Shown here piece after piece: positions 20,180-29,454 of a DNA stretch of 64,000 nt. The notes beneath the pieces are model-generated. The model saw only the letters and a program-made list of their open reading frames with translations. It searched no databases and was not told where the DNA came from. Source of the DNA: Alkalispirochaeta sp. (GTDB lineage: Bacteria; Spirochaetota; Spirochaetia; DSM-27196; Alkalispirochaetaceae); contig OZ271854.1 of NCBI GenBank assembly GCA_965601925.1, forward strand, positions 800,001-864,000, written 5' to 3'. Positions within the stretch are counted from its first letter, which is position 1; every line of letters starts with the position of its first letter. The position numbers and the translations under genes were made by a program.

Positions 20180-20956
20180 TCACCGGGTAATCTCCACCGT
20201 GCCCTTGGCCGCGAGCTCGTCCAAGCCGCGCACCCGTTTCGGCTCGTCGGCTGCTTCGTCGTGGAACGACCCGAGATCGAGATGGCGCAACTTCGGCAAC
20301 GCCAACAACGGCGTGAGGTCTTCCAGGGCGCGGCATCCGTCCAGAATCAGCTCGGCAAGCTCCCCGAATGCGGTAATCGCACCGATGTCGACCAGGTCGG
20401 TACAGTCGGAGAGGTCCAAGTAGTTCAGCCGCTTCATCGGAACAAGGTCGTCCAGGGTGCGTAACCCAGCCAGCGTCAACTCCAGCTCTTCCATATTGAC
20501 CAGCGCCGACAAATAGCGCGTGTCGTGGGCGATCTCGTCGCCGACGATCTTGAGCATCCGCAACTGCGGCAGGTTCACGATCGTCTCGAAGGTGACAAAG
20601 CCACCGGCCACCAAGTGCAGCGACGGGACGCTCGCCAAGAGCTCGATCGGACCGATATCGGTGTCGACCGGTAGTGTCTCGACCGAGACGTACTCGACGT
20701 GGTGCACCAGCGGCCACCAGATCGGCGCGGGCTGGCCGGCGATGACGTTTGTAGCCACCTCCTCCCACAGCTCGGTGGCGCATGCACGGTGGTAGGAAGG
20801 CCACCGGCTGAGCTCCGGGTGCGCCAGTACGTAGGCGGTCGCTTCGCGCTGCCGGCGGGCGTCCTGCACACGCACCGTATCGATCAACGGCCGCCAGTTG
20901 CGCTTGGAAGACTTGCGCGCCAAGATCGCGTCGATCTGAGTATGGAGATCGTTCAT
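20180..20956 (-). CDS. leucine-rich repeat protein
   Basis: LxxLxxLxL repeats (LPQLRMLKI, MKRLNYLDL, LPKLRHLDL). Confidence 0.8.
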   Translation of the reverse strand: MNDLHTQIDAILARKSSKRNWRPLIDTVRVQDARRQREATAYVLAHPELSRWPSYHRACATELWEEVATNVIAGQPAPIWWPLVHHVEYVSVETLPVDTDIGPIELLASVPSLHLVAGGFVTFETIVNLPQLRMLKIVGDEIAHDTRYLSALVNMEELELTLAGLRTLDDLVPMKRLNYLDLSDCTDLVDIGAITAFGELAELILDGCRALEDLTPLLALPKLRHLDLGSFHDEAADEPKRVRGLDELAAKGTVEITR

Positions 20957-21100
20957 TCATTACTCCGTTGCGATGAGCGAGCCGCCACGTGTGCGGTACG
21001 CCCGAGCGCCGGTTTGATCAACACGCCGGCGTCGGTCGACTCGAACACCACCTCCGTCTCGGGCTGCAGGTCGAAACGGTCGCGCAGTTTTGGGCTTGTT
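20953..21100 (-). pseudogene. AbrB/MazE/SpoVT-type antitoxin fragment
   Basis: 'PKLRDRFDLQPETEVVFESTDAGVLIKP' lacking the normal N-terminal strand; stop overlaps LRR start (ATGA). Confidence 0.55.
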
Positions 21101-21138
21101 CTCCCAGCCACCGTCTCCGATAAGCGTGACGCGGACAC

Positions 21139-21511
21139 ATGACCCAACAGGAATTGTTAACCAAGTTTACCAGTTTTTCGCCACATTGACCTCGACGACG
21201 ATTGGCCCGACTACATCGGCGAGCTCGGTATTACGGACGCCGACGCGCGTATGATCGCGGAGCTCCTGCGCGAGAGCGATCTCAACTTGGTCAGCATCGC
21301 GCATACGTCTGAAAGAAATTACCCCTTGCATCTATGGCGGACGTTGGCACAAACGAGAGAGGCTCGCTATCTCGACGTGCTATTCGATCTCCTGGTCGAC
21401 GAGAAACATGAAGAGGCGTCGTGGTTTCGGACAGAGTTCCCGCTGATCACTTCGGCCGGTCCGCTATCCCATTCATTGAAAAACACCTCCTTGGACGTGG
21501 TTCCTCATTGA
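21139..21511 (+). pseudogene. frameshifted, truncated paralog of 19462..20130
   Basis: MTQQELL.. / 'WPDYIGELGI' / 'LHLWRTLAQ..EFP' / 'HFGRSAIP' split over frames by two shifts. Confidence 0.7.
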
Positions 21512-21523
21512 CGTTCAACAGCC

Positions 21524-22174
21524 TCAATAAAACCGCGCCAGGTCAAAACCCATCCGTTTGGAGAGCTCATAGTAAGATTCGTCTGGGTCCAGACCGGCGG
21601 CCGCAAAGACTTCGGCTCTGTGGTCCGAGAACCGCAGATCGTATCGGTTCAGGTTCCGCAACTCCTTGTCGACCAAAACCGGGTTGTGGATATCATCCTT
21701 TCGTCCCATTGCGTACAAGATGTACTCCGCAAGAAACACGGTGGGGATGGTCGCCGGGGTTACATCGATCGCTTCAACCTCTTCCAACCCCATCCCGGCC
21801 ATGGGAATTTTCAACTCGCCTTTGATCAACTGTGCTTCGCTGATCGTCTTTATGGACAACGCCTCGGGAAACTCCAACTCGTGTGGATCGACCTGCGTGA
21901 AGCCCACCGTGGCGAACAGCCCGTCGACGAGAAACCCAAAGGGAATGAACACTCCCGGGATAACCGTGCCGGTGAAATCGGGCAACGCTCCGGCGCTCGT
22001 CTCGGCGTAGATCTCCACTAAGGCTACGCCTTCGGGCCACCTGCTCAACGGGTTGTCGGGCCGGATCAGCCCCGCCTTCACGCACTGGTCTTGGATGTTC
22101 AGCATCACCCGTCCAAAGGCGAACTCGTTCGGTGCGATTTGGACGGAAAAGAGGTCGCCCGGTTTCGGTTTCAC
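21524..22174 (-). CDS. Imm26-like immunity protein
   Basis: N-terminal 'KPGDLFSVQI...FAFGRV'; GTG start with GGGAG RBS. Confidence 0.65.
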   Translation of the reverse strand: MKPKPGDLFSVQIAPNEFAFGRVMLNIQDQCVKAGLIRPDNPLSRWPEGVALVEIYAETSAGALPDFTGTVIPGVFIPFGFLVDGLFATVGFTQVDPHELEFPEALSIKTISEAQLIKGELKIPMAGMGLEEVEAIDVTPATIPTVFLAEYILYAMGRKDDIHNPVLVDKELRNLNRYDLRFSDHRAEVFAAAGLDPDESYYELSKRMGFDLARFY

Positions 22175-22197
22175 GACTGATAGTCTCCCTTTTATCG

Positions 22198-23508
22198 TTA
22201 CGGCGTGTTGTAGCCGAACCAGTCTGCAAGGGGCCGGCCGTGGTTAAGGAAATCCCAGAAGCTTTGCGGTTCGAATATTTCGCGCATCTCGTGGTCCCAA
22301 TCGACGGTCGACGGGTCGGCGTCGTCTTTGCTCTGTCGGTGGAAATGGCGGCCGTTCCCGCTGCCGTCGTTGTAGAACTCGAGCAGGTCCAGGAAATCGT
22401 AGTCCACCGGGGTGTTCTGTTCGGCGACGACATCGTTCATGTGGGTCATCACCGAAAGATGCCGATTGGGCAGGATTGCGTTGGCGGCGTTTTGCCAGCC
22501 CCAGGCGTGGTTCAAGAGGCCGAAGCCGTTGTGGACGCGGTAGAGGGCGGCGATCGAGGCGGGGACACGCCAGTGTTCTTTCGCCGGAGCTTCGCCCAGG
22601 CGCGGGTCGTCGGTCGGCGGCGCGCCGACCAAGAGCGTTGTGGAGGAATACGCTCCCTCGTAGTGGCCGGCGTTGAGATTCTCTACCGCGTACAACAGAT
22701 AGTCATTACCGTCTACGCGCAGCGCCAGCACGCAGATCAAGCGATCGAGTAAGGCGTCCAGAAAGGGCGCCGCGTGCCGCTCCACCGGCTGAAAGACCGC
22801 CGTAACCAGTTGGTCAAAACCAAGCCCCGCCAACTCCCGCCAATGGAAGTCGTCCGGCGCATTATCCAGTGGGGCGACTTGGACCGCATCCGGTTCGGAC
22901 TCCGGAAAGGCGGCGGCAACCTCCAGTGCGATCACGCGCCAGCCGTGGTCCAGTACGAAGCGGTGCAGGCGCTCCGATTTTTGCGTCGAGTAATCCTGCG
23001 CGGTAAGCTCGTCGTATTCTCGGCGAGCCGCCTCGTCCAGCTGCGCCTCGAAGCGCTCGGCCGTCCACCACAGGCGCCGAGAGCGGCTGTGGACCGAGTG
23101 TCCCTTTTGATACTCCACGACGCGCGCGGAGGCTTGCCCAAACCGCAGGTCTTCGGAGTCTGCGGCGGCATCGCCCGGAGCGGCAAGCGTGCGCTGCTTC
23201 TCCTCGCGCGCACCTTCGAGCTCCTCGCGCGACAGGGCGCGAATCTCTTCCTCGTAGGCGAGGTGACGCCGATAGAGCTCGATCGAGGGCGCCTGGTCGC
23301 GCTGTTCGTACCACCAGTGGCCCAGGAGCCACCGCACGCTCTTTTCGGCCGGCGCTTCGGCCTTCTCTTGCGCCGGAATCTCGACGGTGGTGGCTCTGCC
23401 GAACGTCTCAACCTCCACCGTCCAGGTGTCGCCGGAGACCGCCACCAGCTTGGCCTCGAATCCGTTGAAGGCGCCGCCTGTTATCCGAAATACCGATCCT
23501 ATCTCCAT
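22198..23508 (-). CDS. NusG-type KOW domain fused to SMI1/KNR4(SUKH)-like domain
   Basis: N-term 'IGSVFRITGGAFNGF...VEVETFGRATTVE'; C-term 'VPASIAALYRVHNGF...DGSGN...VDWDHE...SFWDFL'. Confidence 0.7.
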   Translation of the reverse strand: MEIGSVFRITGGAFNGFEAKLVAVSGDTWTVEVETFGRATTVEIPAQEKAEAPAEKSVRWLLGHWWYEQRDQAPSIELYRRHLAYEEEIRALSREELEGAREEKQRTLAAPGDAAADSEDLRFGQASARVVEYQKGHSVHSRSRRLWWTAERFEAQLDEAARREYDELTAQDYSTQKSERLHRFVLDHGWRVIALEVAAAFPESEPDAVQVAPLDNAPDDFHWRELAGLGFDQLVTAVFQPVERHAAPFLDALLDRLICVLALRVDGNDYLLYAVENLNAGHYEGAYSSTTLLVGAPPTDDPRLGEAPAKEHWRVPASIAALYRVHNGFGLLNHAWGWQNAANAILPNRHLSVMTHMNDVVAEQNTPVDYDFLDLLEFYNDGSGNGRHFHRQSKDDADPSTVDWDHEMREIFEPQSFWDFLNHGRPLADWFGYNTP

Positions 23509-23517
23509 GTAACTCTC

Positions 23518-24393
23518 CTATCGTGAGCTCGTGCGCCCGGTTTCGCGATAGCGCGCTTCGAACGCGGCAAAGTGTTCTTGGTGATGATCAAAATCCAAAA
23601 AGGGAAATGACCCTGGCAGTAGCGTTATGCACCGGTGTAGGTATTCGTGGATCAAGTCCAGACGATCAAACGGCGTGTCGGTGACCGGTTCAAAACCCCG
23701 CAAGCGCTCGTCGACGCGCGTGCCCACGTGCAACGACCAGGTGAGATAGAGCTGATCCCTATTCTTCGCCACGATCGTCTGCGGGTCGATGTAGAAGTAC
23801 TGCCAACACCGCACCATCGCCGACGCGGCCATCGCCGTGAAGTACTCTTCAAACGACGTGAACGGCAGCCGGTACACAAAGCCGCTGTCGTAGAAATAGA
23901 ACTCGGTGGGAAACGCCTCGGAGTCGATCTTCACACAACCGAACTGCGGCGTGTACTCCGGGTCGTTGTAGGCGGTCGTGCTTTCGATCCAGCGCATATC
24001 GGTTGGGATCTCGGCACGACGTTCCAGTCCGTGTTGCGCAAACTTCCGGGTGGCCTTATCCCAGAACTCGACGGGATACAGAAACGTATCCAGGATACCG
24101 TTGATGTACGTTCCGCCCGATACCACTCCTTCGTCGGGCGTTTGCGACCTTCGGTTCCATCTGGTTTTGAAACTTCCCAGATAGAACAGATCGCGTTGAG
24201 CATCGGGAAACTCGATTCCCGCCTCGTCTCTAATCGTTGCGATGCGCGAATCGATTTCGGTTTCAAACAACTCCGTCTTGCCCGCCAGGTACTTCTTCAG
24301 CTTTTTGTGCGAGGCTTTCTGCAACTCGATTCCAACCGACTCGTTGGTTGCCCCTTCAACGAAATCATACAGTAGTTGGATTACGTTACGCAC
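23518..24393 (-). CDS. SUKH/SMI1-like putative immunity protein (paralog 2)
   Basis: 'GIEFP', 'GGTYING', 'FEEYF..M...WQYFYID', 'LPGSFP'; GTG start inferred. Confidence 0.65.
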   Translation of the reverse strand: MRNVIQLLYDFVEGATNESVGIELQKASHKKLKKYLAGKTELFETEIDSRIATIRDEAGIEFPDAQRDLFYLGSFKTRWNRRSQTPDEGVVSGGTYINGILDTFLYPVEFWDKATRKFAQHGLERRAEIPTDMRWIESTTAYNDPEYTPQFGCVKIDSEAFPTEFYFYDSGFVYRLPFTSFEEYFTAMAASAMVRCWQYFYIDPQTIVAKNRDQLYLTWSLHVGTRVDERLRGFEPVTDTPFDRLDLIHEYLHRCITLLPGSFPFLDFDHHQEHFAAFEARYRETGRTSSR

Positions 24394-24418
24394 GCGAACT
24401 GGTCCCCCACACAGTGTA

Positions 24419-24769
24419 TCACCCCGGCCCATCCAACAACGCTTCAAAGTCGGCGCAGATCTCGGCATCGTACCCTTCGGCCCGGTAGGATTGGTGAAGC
24501 CGACGCGCACACGCGACTTGGTCTTCGACCGATACGTCGCCGAGGGGCGATACCTCTACCCTGAACTTGAAAAAGAGAAATCCATCCTCTTCTCGCGTGC
24601 GCACCGCGTCGTGATCCTCGTTCTGCGCAACCTGAATCCAGTTGCGTTGCCAATCGAACGAGCGCCGCGTGCGCCGCACAAAGCCGTCCAATCGCGCCAT
24701 GCGGTTCAGGAGCTCATTCAATGAGATCGCCGCGTCGACCATCACCAAGAATTGGCGCTCGTAGTCCAT
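24419..24769 (-). CDS. hypothetical protein, immunity-like
   Basis: 'NEDHD...DGFLFFKFRVEV...EICADFEALL' small acidic protein typical of toxin-adjacent genes. Confidence 0.55.
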   Translation of the reverse strand: MDYERQFLVMVDAAISLNELLNRMARLDGFVRRTRRSFDWQRNWIQVAQNEDHDAVRTREEDGFLFFKFRVEVSPLGDVSVEDQVACARRLHQSYRAEGYDAEICADFEALLDGPG

Positions 24770-24955
24770 GGGAGGATCGTCCCCTGTTCGTGTGCTCTTG
24801 CAAACCATTTGCGTATTCTCGAGGTAGTTTAGCAGATACTTCGGTCTCGAAGTGCGAACTCTGTAGGGTACGTTCCGTGCCGAGTTTCTTCTCTATCCGG
24901 AGCTGGGAGCCGCGTCGCGTCGGGGAGTTATCTTTTTTTCCTCGTGCCTCGCACA

Positions 24956-25036
24956 ATGACGGGGTCGGTGCTCGAGGTTGCCGGGGATATCCACCAGGAG
25001 TACACTGAGGTTCTAAGGGCCCTGGGTCCGGAGTGA
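24956..25036 (+). pseudogene. candidate polymorphic-toxin C-terminal stub
   Basis: MTGSVLEVAGDIHQEYTEVLRALGPE*, ending 8 bp before the CXXCG immunity-like gene. Confidence 0.4.
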
Positions 25037-25044
25037 TGAACTGA

Positions 25045-25830
25045 ATGAAACATACGCATCGCGTCTCAAACCACGTAACCCCTGAGATGCATAATGATTT
25101 TGCCCGGGCCGGTATTATATTCGGTCCGGGCTTCGACGCATTTGACATCACCGAAGACGATGAGGCGTGGCCACGCGTGCGTGAGTTGATCGCGAAGCAC
25201 AAGTGCGTAGACTTTGAATCCACCAAATTTACTAAGAAAGAGATCGGTACAGCGCCGAACGCGGACGTAACGCCAAGCTGGCATCACGGGTACCCCCAGC
25301 CGGAGGACGACTTCGGATATCTCGAAGCAACCTTCGATCTGAGCGATCACTGCCGTGCGTGCGGTATCGGCAAGCGCCAGATCGCGCCGTTCAGGTTCAA
25401 GAAGGAGCCGGCGTGGGGCAAGCGATCGGTGCTGCAGCTCAACTGGGTGTTTGACGAGTACTTCACCACCCCGGAGACGTGGGACGCGGTGTTCCGGCCC
25501 CGGGGGATCGAAAGCATGCCGGTCGTGCATCACCGCAAGAGCCACGAGTTGTCGACGGTTGTGCAACTCGCGGTACCGGACCGCGTGGATCTCGTCGGCA
25601 TCGAAGCGTACCCGAGCGAGGTTTGCGAGAAATGCGGGCGGAGGAAGTACCTGCCGATTAGGCTGGGCTTCTTCCCAAGCCCCGAACCGTCAACGTGCGC
25701 GCTGGCGAAGTCGAACCAGTACTTCGGCAGCGGCGGCAGCGCGTTCAATTCGGTGATCGCGGACAACGCGATGGTCAATGTCGTGCTGGAGGCGAAGCTG
25801 AAGGGCGTCTCGTTCTGGCCTTGCGGCTGA
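25045..25830 (+). CDS. double CXXCG-motif protein, putative immunity protein
   Basis: 'WHHGYPQPEDD', CRACG and CEKCG motifs. Confidence 0.65.
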   Translation: MKHTHRVSNHVTPEMHNDFARAGIIFGPGFDAFDITEDDEAWPRVRELIAKHKCVDFESTKFTKKEIGTAPNADVTPSWHHGYPQPEDDFGYLEATFDLSDHCRACGIGKRQIAPFRFKKEPAWGKRSVLQLNWVFDEYFTTPETWDAVFRPRGIESMPVVHHRKSHELSTVVQLAVPDRVDLVGIEAYPSEVCEKCGRRKYLPIRLGFFPSPEPSTCALAKSNQYFGSGGSAFNSVIADNAMVNVVLEAKLKGVSFWPCG

Positions 25831-25839
25831 AAGCTTTGC

Positions 25840-26002
25840 CGGACAGACCGAGCGTGGTGCTCCCGACCGGCGCCTCTACCAGCGTGAAGAGCGCGGCGAG
25901 TTGATCGGCAGAAAACACTGTAAAGCGGTCCCGAAAATAGTGGCTGAAGTGGGCGTAGATACCGTGAAACGAATAGTCGTCGGGACCGTCGCGAACGTGC
26001 AC
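25840..26002 (-). pseudogene. internal fragment paralogous to 36770..37138
   Basis: 'RDGPDDYSFHGIYAHFSHYFRD' nearly identical to the 36770 ORF; lacks both ends. Confidence 0.75.
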
Positions 26003-26003
26003 C

Positions 26004-26618
26004 CTATCCGCTGATCCGCACCGAGTCGTGGAGCTCGTAGAAGCCTTCCTTGGTGAACTCGGGAAACAGCCGATGCATGTTGGCGATGATCCGCTCGGAG
26101 ATGCCGCCTTCGGGGTTCAAGATGATCCGTTGCCAGTACGCCACGCCTTTGGTGTACTTCAGCATCTGGAGGTAGCCCTTGAAGTCGAGGTTGAGCGCCT
26201 TCGTGTCACCGTCAAAAAACGTAATGAAGAAACCCCGCTCCGGCTTATCCACATAGAACCCAACGCCGGCTTCGGGATAGAAATAGTCCACGACGGTGAA
26301 GTTCCGCATCACCGGGAACTCATCAGGATGGAAGTCTACGTCGCCAATGAGCACCTGCTCGATTGGCAGGATGTTGAACGTTCCCTCGAGCTCGATTGGG
26401 CTGTGTTGGTTGGTCTTCCACGTCACCTTCCACCGCTCGATCGCCGAGTAAAAGCGCACCAATTCCGCATCGAACGTGAGCGCTTGATCCACGCGGCCCT
26501 CTGCGTTCTCGATCAGTGTGTTTTCGATGAGGTCGATGGTATCTCGGTGTGAACGCATAGCCCTATTTAGGGGCAGATCGTATTCTTGCACATACTCATC
26601 GAACACCTGTTTGCTCAT
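26004..26618 (-). CDS. SUKH/SMI1-like putative immunity protein (paralog 3, copy A)
   Basis: Start MSKQVF with GGAGG RBS; 'LNLDFKGYL..GVAYWQ..LFP'. Confidence 0.7.
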   Translation of the reverse strand: MSKQVFDEYVQEYDLPLNRAMRSHRDTIDLIENTLIENAEGRVDQALTFDAELVRFYSAIERWKVTWKTNQHSPIELEGTFNILPIEQVLIGDVDFHPDEFPVMRNFTVVDYFYPEAGVGFYVDKPERGFFITFFDGDTKALNLDFKGYLQMLKYTKGVAYWQRIILNPEGGISERIIANMHRLFPEFTKEGFYELHDSVRISG

Positions 26619-26712
26619 GATTCCTCCGTCGGTTGTATCGCATCCCGTCTCAGCGTTCGTCCCGGTCGGCGTCTTCCGCCGATGCTTTGCGTCCCCTTTA
26701 CGCGCCCGCGCC

Positions 26713-27243
26713 TCACCGCTCGTAGCGCTGCATGCTCGCCGGGTGGTCCGACGGCGCGAGAAGCCGCCGCGTCTCCACCAGCTTGCCGGGGTGGTTGACG
26801 TCATAGGCGCTGTCTGTGGCGACGGTGGTCCACTTGTAGGTGTTGGCGCCGAAGAGCTTGAAAAAGCGGCTTGCGGTGATCGTTAACTCTGAATCGACCT
26901 CTTCCACAATCAAGCACTTGCCGTACTCCTTCCAGTCCTTCGGCGACCGGTCCGAGACAAAGCAGTGGTACAGCGCGGTGCCGTCGCTGGTCTGGTAGTG
27001 GTCGATGCGAAAGAGGAAGCGCTTGGTCGGCGGCTTCCTTTTGGCCGCCCGCTCGTAGTAGTCCGGTTCTTCGAGCGTTTTCAACGGAATCATGCCGAAC
27101 TTGTTTTTCACCTTTGGTGAGGCGAACCGGTTCATCGCCTCGAGCTTGCGGTTGTAGTCGTCCAGATCGGGCACGCGGTTCGCCGCGATCGCCGCCACCT
27201 CGGCCTCAAAGAAGCGGTCCAAAAAGTCGATTACGTTTTCCAT
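26713..27243 (-). CDS. hypothetical protein partnering the SUKH-like gene (copy A)
   Basis: 176 aa, duplicated, directly upstream of the SUKH-like gene in both copies. Confidence 0.75.
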   Translation of the reverse strand: MENVIDFLDRFFEAEVAAIAANRVPDLDDYNRKLEAMNRFASPKVKNKFGMIPLKTLEEPDYYERAAKRKPPTKRFLFRIDHYQTSDGTALYHCFVSDRSPKDWKEYGKCLIVEEVDSELTITASRFFKLFGANTYKWTTVATDSAYDVNHPGKLVETRRLLAPSDHPASMQRYER

Positions 27244-27312
27244 CGTGGTTCCCCCTTGTGTGGTCGGCGTTCGGGCGCCCTTGCTCCTGCCCCGTCAATC
27301 ACGGCGCGCACG

Positions 27313-27939
27313 CTACCGATCGATCCGCACCGAGTCGTACATCTCGTAAAAGCCCTCGACCGTTACCTCGGGAAAGAGCGCGTGCATCTTCTCGATAACC
27401 GGGCTCGAGGTTTTCACGATCGGCTCGATGACACTCTTCTGCCAGTACGCCGCGCCCTTGGTGTACTTCAGCATCTCCAGATAGCCTTTAAAGTCAAGGT
27501 TGAGCTTATCGGTATGACCATCAAATTCATGGTAAAACAAGCCTTGTTCAGGTTTGTCTAAATAGAACCCAACACCGGCTTCGGGATAGAAATAGTCCAC
27601 GAGGGTGAAGTTCCGCATCACCGGGAACTCATCAGGATGGAAGTCTACGTCGCCGATGAGGACTTCCTCGATCGGCAGAATGTTGATCGTCCCTTCGATG
27701 TCGACGCCCAACTCGGGTTTGAGCGTCCATTTGACGGTCCAGCCCTTCAATGCGGCGTAAAACCGCTTCATTTCGTCGTCTAAGTTGAGCGCGGTATCTA
27801 CTCCGAGACCCTCGCCTCGAAATATTTTGAGATTGTTCTCGAAAGAACTGAACTTTTCTTCGTTTGCCATCTCCCATGCAAAGAGATGCTTGTTACAGTT
27901 TTCAGCGAAGTATTTTTTTAGCTCGGTCTTATCGATCAT
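27313..27939 (-). CDS. SUKH/SMI1-like putative immunity protein (paralog 4)
   Basis: Start MIDKTE with AGGAG RBS; shares DVDFHPDEFPVMRNFT..DYFYPEAGVGFY block with copies A and B. Confidence 0.7.
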   Translation of the reverse strand: MIDKTELKKYFAENCNKHLFAWEMANEEKFSSFENNLKIFRGEGLGVDTALNLDDEMKRFYAALKGWTVKWTLKPELGVDIEGTINILPIEEVLIGDVDFHPDEFPVMRNFTLVDYFYPEAGVGFYLDKPEQGLFYHEFDGHTDKLNLDFKGYLEMLKYTKGAAYWQKSVIEPIVKTSSPVIEKMHALFPEVTVEGFYEMYDSVRIDR

Positions 27940-27974
27940 CTCTGGCTCCTCATACCCCGGTATCCCTCGCGCCG

Positions 27975-28023
27975 GTGCATTGCGGCACCGGTATGCTCCC
28001 AGCCTACCGGTGCCGCGATGCAC
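27975..28023. repeat. long hairpin/inverted repeat
   Basis: GTGCATTGCGGCACCGGTA ... TACCGGTGCCGCGATGCAC (19-bp arms, 1 mismatch). Confidence 0.8.
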
Positions 28024-28040
28024 AACCGATGTTTGGGGAG

Positions 28041-28457
28041 CTATACGAAGGGATTGAGAACCTCAATCCCGCATTCTTCGAAGTCTTTCACGTTACCGGT
28101 CGCAACCGCCAGCAGATTTGTGCGGGCGATTGAGGCGATCTGTGCGTCCAACGCTGCCAGTGGTCGGCCCAACGCCCTACGGCGACCGACGATCTGCGGA
28201 TAGATCCGCGCTGATCGTTCGTCGAATGCGAGAATCCGTTGATCGAATCCTTGTCGTACGAATCGCTCGAATCGTTCCTCGAGGTTTCGACGGCGCTTGC
28301 CGTCCGGCAAAACCCACAAACCGTATCCGATCTCGGCGATCGTGATCGTCGAAATAAATAAGCCGCCGGCATCTTGTTGGTTGAGCCATTCTATGACCAC
28401 TGGATCGGGCGACCGGCTCATGACGGCCGACACGACGTTGGTATCGAGTAGCGTCAC
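28041..28457 (-). CDS. vapC: VapC/FitB PIN-domain toxin
   Basis: LLDTNVVS, 'D.QIA.IA', 'ATGNVKDF...NPF'; GTGA overlap with antitoxin. Confidence 0.93.
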   Translation of the reverse strand: MTLLDTNVVSAVMSRSPDPVVIEWLNQQDAGGLFISTITIAEIGYGLWVLPDGKRRRNLEERFERFVRQGFDQRILAFDERSARIYPQIVGRRRALGRPLAALDAQIASIARTNLLAVATGNVKDFEECGIEVLNPFV

Positions 28458-28684
28458 GTATCGAATCCGACCGGCTCGTGCACCTCGCGCGGCGGCAACC
28501 GGAGCTCGACGCCGTCGTTTTCGAAACAGCTGAGCGCCAGGTCGCCGAGACGCTCAGGCGCGTTGACGGTATACGCGAGGATTTGCCGTACTTCCTCTTC
28601 CATCGACACTCCATGTTTCGCGGCGCGCATCCGGAGACGGCGATAGACCTCCGCATCGATCTTTCGAACACTCAGGCTGTGCAT
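28454..28684 (-). CDS. vapB: FitA-like RHH antitoxin
   Basis: 'LSVRKID..V..RLR.RAA.HG.SMEEEVR.IL' FitA pattern. Confidence 0.9.
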   Translation of the reverse strand: MHSLSVRKIDAEVYRRLRMRAAKHGVSMEEEVRQILAYTVNAPERLGDLALSCFENDGVELRLPPREVHEPVGFDT

Positions 28685-28703
28685 CCGATCCTCCTAAGAC
28701 CAA

Positions 28704-28721
28704 TGATAGCGTGTGCTATCA
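28704..28721 (-). promoter_or_regulatory. FitAB-type operator
   Basis: Palindrome TGATAGC-GTGT-GCTATCA; half-sites match the FitA recognition sequence TGCTATCA. Confidence 0.7.
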
Positions 28722-28839
28722 CCGCCGGCAAGTGCCGGCACGACTGCTGAAGCGTCGCCGAACTGCGAGACGATCGGGGCCGGTCTTGTAGCGGCCTCGG
28801 CGCACATCGGTCCGGACCGTCAGCCGCGAACAGCTCACG

Positions 28840-29454
28840 CTACCGATCGATCCGCACCGAGTCGTAGAGCTCCAGAAACCCTTCCTTGGTGAACTCGGGA
28901 AACAGCCGCTGCATGTTGGCGATGATCCGCTCGGAGATGCCGCCTTCGGGGTTCAAAATGATTCGTTGCCAGTACGCAGCGCCCTTGGTGTACTTCATCA
29001 TCTGGAGGTAGCCCTTGAAATCCAGGTTGAGCGCCTTCGTGTCACCGTCAAAAAACGTAACGAAGAAACCCCGCTCCGGCCTATCCACATAGAACCCAAC
29101 GCCGGCTTCGGGATAGAAATAGTCCACGACGGTGAAGTTCCGCATCACCGGGAACTCATCGGGATGGAAGTCTACGTCGCCAATGAGCACCTGCTCGATT
29201 GGCAGGATGTTGAACGTTCCCTCGAGCTCGATTGGGCTGTGTTGGTTGGTCTTCCACGTCACCTTCCACCGCTCGATCGCCGAGTAAAAGCGCACCAATT
29301 CCGCATCGAACGTGAGCGCTTGATCCACGCGGCCCTCTGCGTTCTCGATCAGTGTGTTTTCGATGAGGTCGATGGTATCTCGGTGTGAACGCATAGCCCT
29401 ATTTAGGGGCAGATCGTATTCTTGCACATACTCATCGAACACCTGTTTGCTCAT
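28840..29454 (-). CDS. SUKH/SMI1-like putative immunity protein (paralog 5, copy B)
   Basis: Near-identical to 26004..26618; differences cluster at the C-terminus. Confidence 0.7.
   Translation of the reverse strand: MSKQVFDEYVQEYDLPLNRAMRSHRDTIDLIENTLIENAEGRVDQALTFDAELVRFYSAIERWKVTWKTNQHSPIELEGTFNILPIEQVLIGDVDFHPDEFPVMRNFTVVDYFYPEAGVGFYVDRPERGFFVTFFDGDTKALNLDFKGYLQMMKYTKGAAYWQRIILNPEGGISERIIANMQRLFPEFTKEGFLELYDSVRIDR

Larger units (their letters stand above)
26004..27243. repeat. direct repeat unit A (~1.24 kb, two genes)
   Basis: Matches 28840..30079 at offset 2836; 26326-27117 appears identical by eye, ends diverged. Confidence 0.92.
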
